The position numbers and the translations under genes were made by a program. The notes under the pieces were generated by a model. It had not been told where the DNA came from. It made no database searches and worked only from the letters and a program-made list of their open reading frames with translations. From Entomortierella parvispora E1425 (taxonomy: Eukaryota; Fungi; Mortierellomycota), in assembly GCA_020891255.1 (NCBI GenBank), contig BQFW01000015.1:744001-808000 (forward strand): a stretch of DNA of 64,000 nt, in the 5' to 3' direction. How positions within the stretch are numbered: position 1 is the stretch's first letter; each line of letters begins with the position of its first letter. Shown here piece by piece: positions 60,576-64,000 of the stretch.

Positions 60576-63500
60576 GAAGGGTGCTTTTCTAGGGGAGGAT
60601 GTTGGGAAAGGTAAGGGGGATATGGTACTGAAGGCAACAGCAGGAAATTCAAAGAAAGAGGGTCAGTTGGAAAAAAAAAAGAGGGCGAAGCAAAGGTGGT
60701 GAGGCGGAGCAAGGAGGAAATGAGAAAAGAAAAAGAAAGAAAAAATGAAAATGAGGCCATGCTCACGTTGTTTTTTGAGGCCTGGAAAAAAGAGGTGACA
60801 CAAAAGTCGAACGGGTTGATTCTTTCGCGCCTCAGAGCACATACGAGTCATGCGAATGTTTTCTTTCCACTTGGATGACGCAAAAACGTTGCTGCTTTGC
60901 CTTGCATTATTGACTGGTTAGATTGCAGTCCCAGGCTATGGCACAATCGACCCGCTTTGCTGCAAGGAATTCGTCCGCGGAAGAGCAACATGAAGACCTT
61001 CATGTAGAAGAGTAGGAAGACTAGATTCTTTCAAGGTAGAACCACGTCGTATCCAACGTGTAGTTCTTGACCTGTCGACTTTGAGGGCAAAAACTGGGCG
61101 GACAGAATAACCTGGGCGCCATTGAATTTGAAAGCGACCTCAAGATCGCCTGTGGGCGATACGAATGCCAGGGACAGGGGGACTTGAGAGTCATTTCAGA
61201 AGGGATATGGCTACTCGAACTACACAATGTGCTATTGTTGTTGGACCCTCTTTTCCATATGGTGTCCTATAGAAGAATCTGCGATAGTAGAGAAGAAAGT
61301 AGAGAGTCCGAGGGCCCGAGGTCGTGTAGAAATTCAAATACAGACTATTTAGAACGCACAGATAGCCTTGGTTCTGTCCATTTCTGTTTGGAATAGAGGC
61401 ATCCCCTATAATTCTGCAGAAAAGATTGGGCCAGAATAAAATTGGGATTCTCGCTAGTGCTATTTTCTGGCTGTGGTCAAAGTGGATAACAGGCACTTTG
61501 CTCCAGTGCTTGCCGGTTCAAGGCCATTTTCCATTGGTTTTCTTTTCGAAAATAGTATGCAATATCAACCTAGGGGTGTGAAGATGGCGCCAGACCACAG
61601 CCGCAAAATGAACTGCAACATCAAAGTAGGTGTACATAAACAGCCCCCGTCAGTCTATCAGTCACCGATGACGATGAATCTACAACATTGGAGCGGACAA
61701 TGAGAGTTATGAGGTCATGAGTGATCCTCCCTGTGCGCAAACCAGCAGGTGCCTTTTTATACCCTCCTCACCTACACACTTTGTTGCAGGCGTGCCTGGA
61801 ACAGAAGCAATGGAACACGTCCTGGGAAACACGGTTTCATTGCTTTTAGGCTAATCTTGAGCACTTGTAGAAAACCTTTTTCTCGTTTTTCTCCTCCCCC
61901 GCCTTCTTCCGCTACCTCTACCTCTTGTTGAACGATGAATGGCTCTTGGTCAGTGCCACATTCCAAAAAAAAAAAAAAGGTGATGAAAGCTAGGGAAAGG
62001 AAACAAAAAACGTGTTGCACGGTCGAACTACCCCTCGTATGACGACAAATATGTAATTGGCAACCCCTCTGGGTGGAGATGAAAGACAGGCTCTTCCTTG
62101 CTGTCGCTGTGTCTGGTCATCTCCTTTCTTTCAAAAAGGACGAGAAGTTATCTTTTGAGCTACCCCTTTCACCAAAGCAGGTCGCCTACGAGAAAGGATT
62201 TTTCCCTTTTTTTTTATTTGTGCCCTCTGCCCTTTTGCTTTACCAGCTATCGGCAGTGTATATCGAAACTTTCTTGAACACGCTTCTTTTTTCCACTCCC
62301 CGTTGGACTAGAGAAGGATGAGGAGCAAGTCCAGGGCGCAATGGTATGTTTTTTATTCATTTAGAGGAGATTAGATGTCTTGGACTCGAGCCGGCAGGGT
62401 TCAATTGACATGACAAAGAACCTGCAGGAGGGGCTTTTTTTTTGTGAACAGCATTTCTCCAGTTAAAAATAATTTTTATGTTTTTCTATTTCCTTCATGG
62501 AGGGAGATCGATCACTTGAGAAAGGGTAGTCCCCATTTTGGCATTTTGGGGGGGCGTACAAAGTCAGAAATAGACAAAGGGTGGAAGGGCCATGGTTGCA
62601 CAGTGAACGGCTTGTGCGAGTGTGAATGAGAGCCGCTCTTCGTTTCGGGGGCTTGCCAAAAAAAAAATCAAAGAGTGTGTAAGGGAAGGGCAAGGAAGAC
62701 AGGAAGAAAGAGAGAGAGAGAGAGGAAAGCGAGGGGTTGCACGCTAGTACAGGGGTTAGGATGCAGCTGCACTACAGGATCGAGAGACAGATGGACAGAG
62801 AGAGAGACAGAGAGAGAGAGAGAAAGAGAAAGAGAGAGAAAGAGAGGGGAAAGAAGGAAGGCCACGGGCTAGAACCAGTATTGGGTTCGTTCGGTCGTTC
62901 CGCCCGTCAGTCCGCTTGAGTGCATTTTTCCCTTTTCTCTTTTTTCGTTTTTTCGCCTCTTTTGTTTCGCGGTCTCCCTTCCTCACCCTGTTCTCCGTCC
63001 CCTGCTTCCTCTTCCTCTTCCTCGCCGTCCTCACTCTTCCCTTCTTGATCTCGTTCCTTCATCCGCCATCCTCTCCTTCACGTTCATCCCAAAGGCGCAA
63101 TCATTCGCCCTCATTACTGCATCCAACTCTTCTCGATCAGGCATTCCTTTTTTTCCCTTTTATTTTCTCGACCTGCAGGTACAGCTTCATCTCATCATGA
63201 TCAGATGTTTTGTCCATGTCGCCCACACACAAAGAGAGAAGAAGAAGAAGAAGATGGACTTTCTCATCAAAGGAAGCAAGGGCTGCGTGTTGCATTGCAA
63301 TCTCGTTTCCGCTGCGTTGCGTGCGTGTGCCTGTTTGCTGTGTTGTGGTCCTTTAATTCCCTCCATGCCTCAGGACACGTCGCTGACTGGTCGAGTGTCT
63401 ATTGGGTGCCTGACTGGTCTGAACTGACTGGGTCGGTATGTCGCGGTGGAGACGACCGCGTCCATTCGTACCTTCACCCCGGGCATCATCCTCAGTTGTG

Positions 63501-64000
63501 CTTTGCTTTTCTCTTTCTCTTTCTCTTTTCGATCTGCGGAGGACAGCTTGACAGTCTGAAAAAAAAATAAGATATGGTCCGCACCCCGCCCTGTTGAGCC
63601 ATGACGAACATTGTGAGCCACAAAGAATGCCTCGCCTCCCATCGCCACTTTCGCCACTTGCACCACCGCCACCACGCCATACCATCCACGCCTTTCTTTG
63701 CTTTTTGCTTCCACAACTCCGAAACCATTGTGCTCAACTTTTGAAAGAGTCTCTCTTTCCTTTCGCCCAATGTTCTGCCGCACGAAGCACATTACCATAT
63801 TACCATGTCTCCACCGCCACCGATTGTTTGCCACAGTGAATGTGGAGTGGTTCCCCGGGATGCGGTGGCGACCGCTCTTTTTCTCATTGTGAGCTGCGAT
63901 CCGGTTGCACTGTGTTGACAATGCGGCAGAGAAACAGCAAGAGTGGAAAAGAGAGATAAAGAGAGAGAGAGGCGTTTAGCCTGGAACTTGTAAATTGGTA

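Noticed and set aside
61000-64000. Genes in the last 3 kb
   Set aside because: Short ORFs, GA/CT microsatellites and promoter-like sequence; no supported coding model inside the window.

Overview
Intron-rich fungal genomic DNA; Mortierellaceae/Mucoromycota-like by inference from ~80-100 nt GT-AG introns and gene content. The host backbone looks intact: tRNA-iMet, OMA1-like M48 peptidase, two C1-THF synthase paralogs (mitochondrial and cytosolic), uL3m, CEM1/OXSM, NDUFS2, an MFS transporter, PKA catalytic subunit, uL30m and a Fic1/Inn1-like C2 protein. Inserted among these are three spliced TnpB/Fanzor-like RuvC genes from two families. Two of them (7964-12415 +, decayed; 27861-32067 -, D-E-D and Cys4 intact) carry a complete XPG/FEN1-type PIN 5'-nuclease domain fused at the N-terminus. 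The better-preserved one sits head-to-head with a Mutator (MULE) DDE/SWIM transposase. The third (49395-54668 -) is a ~1,500 aa PIN-less Fanzor-like gene. Its ~195 bp 3' end recurs 10 kb away, inverted and without the ORF (59620-59810; 67/82 nt identical in the core by hand alignment), making it a candidate omega-RNA/ghost locus. The window also opens with tandem ZNFX1-like genes that lack the helicase; one keeps the RZ finger and ends in a CLLL prenylation motif. Splice models, alignments and family calls were made by eye. No database search was possible, so all novelty statements are provisional.
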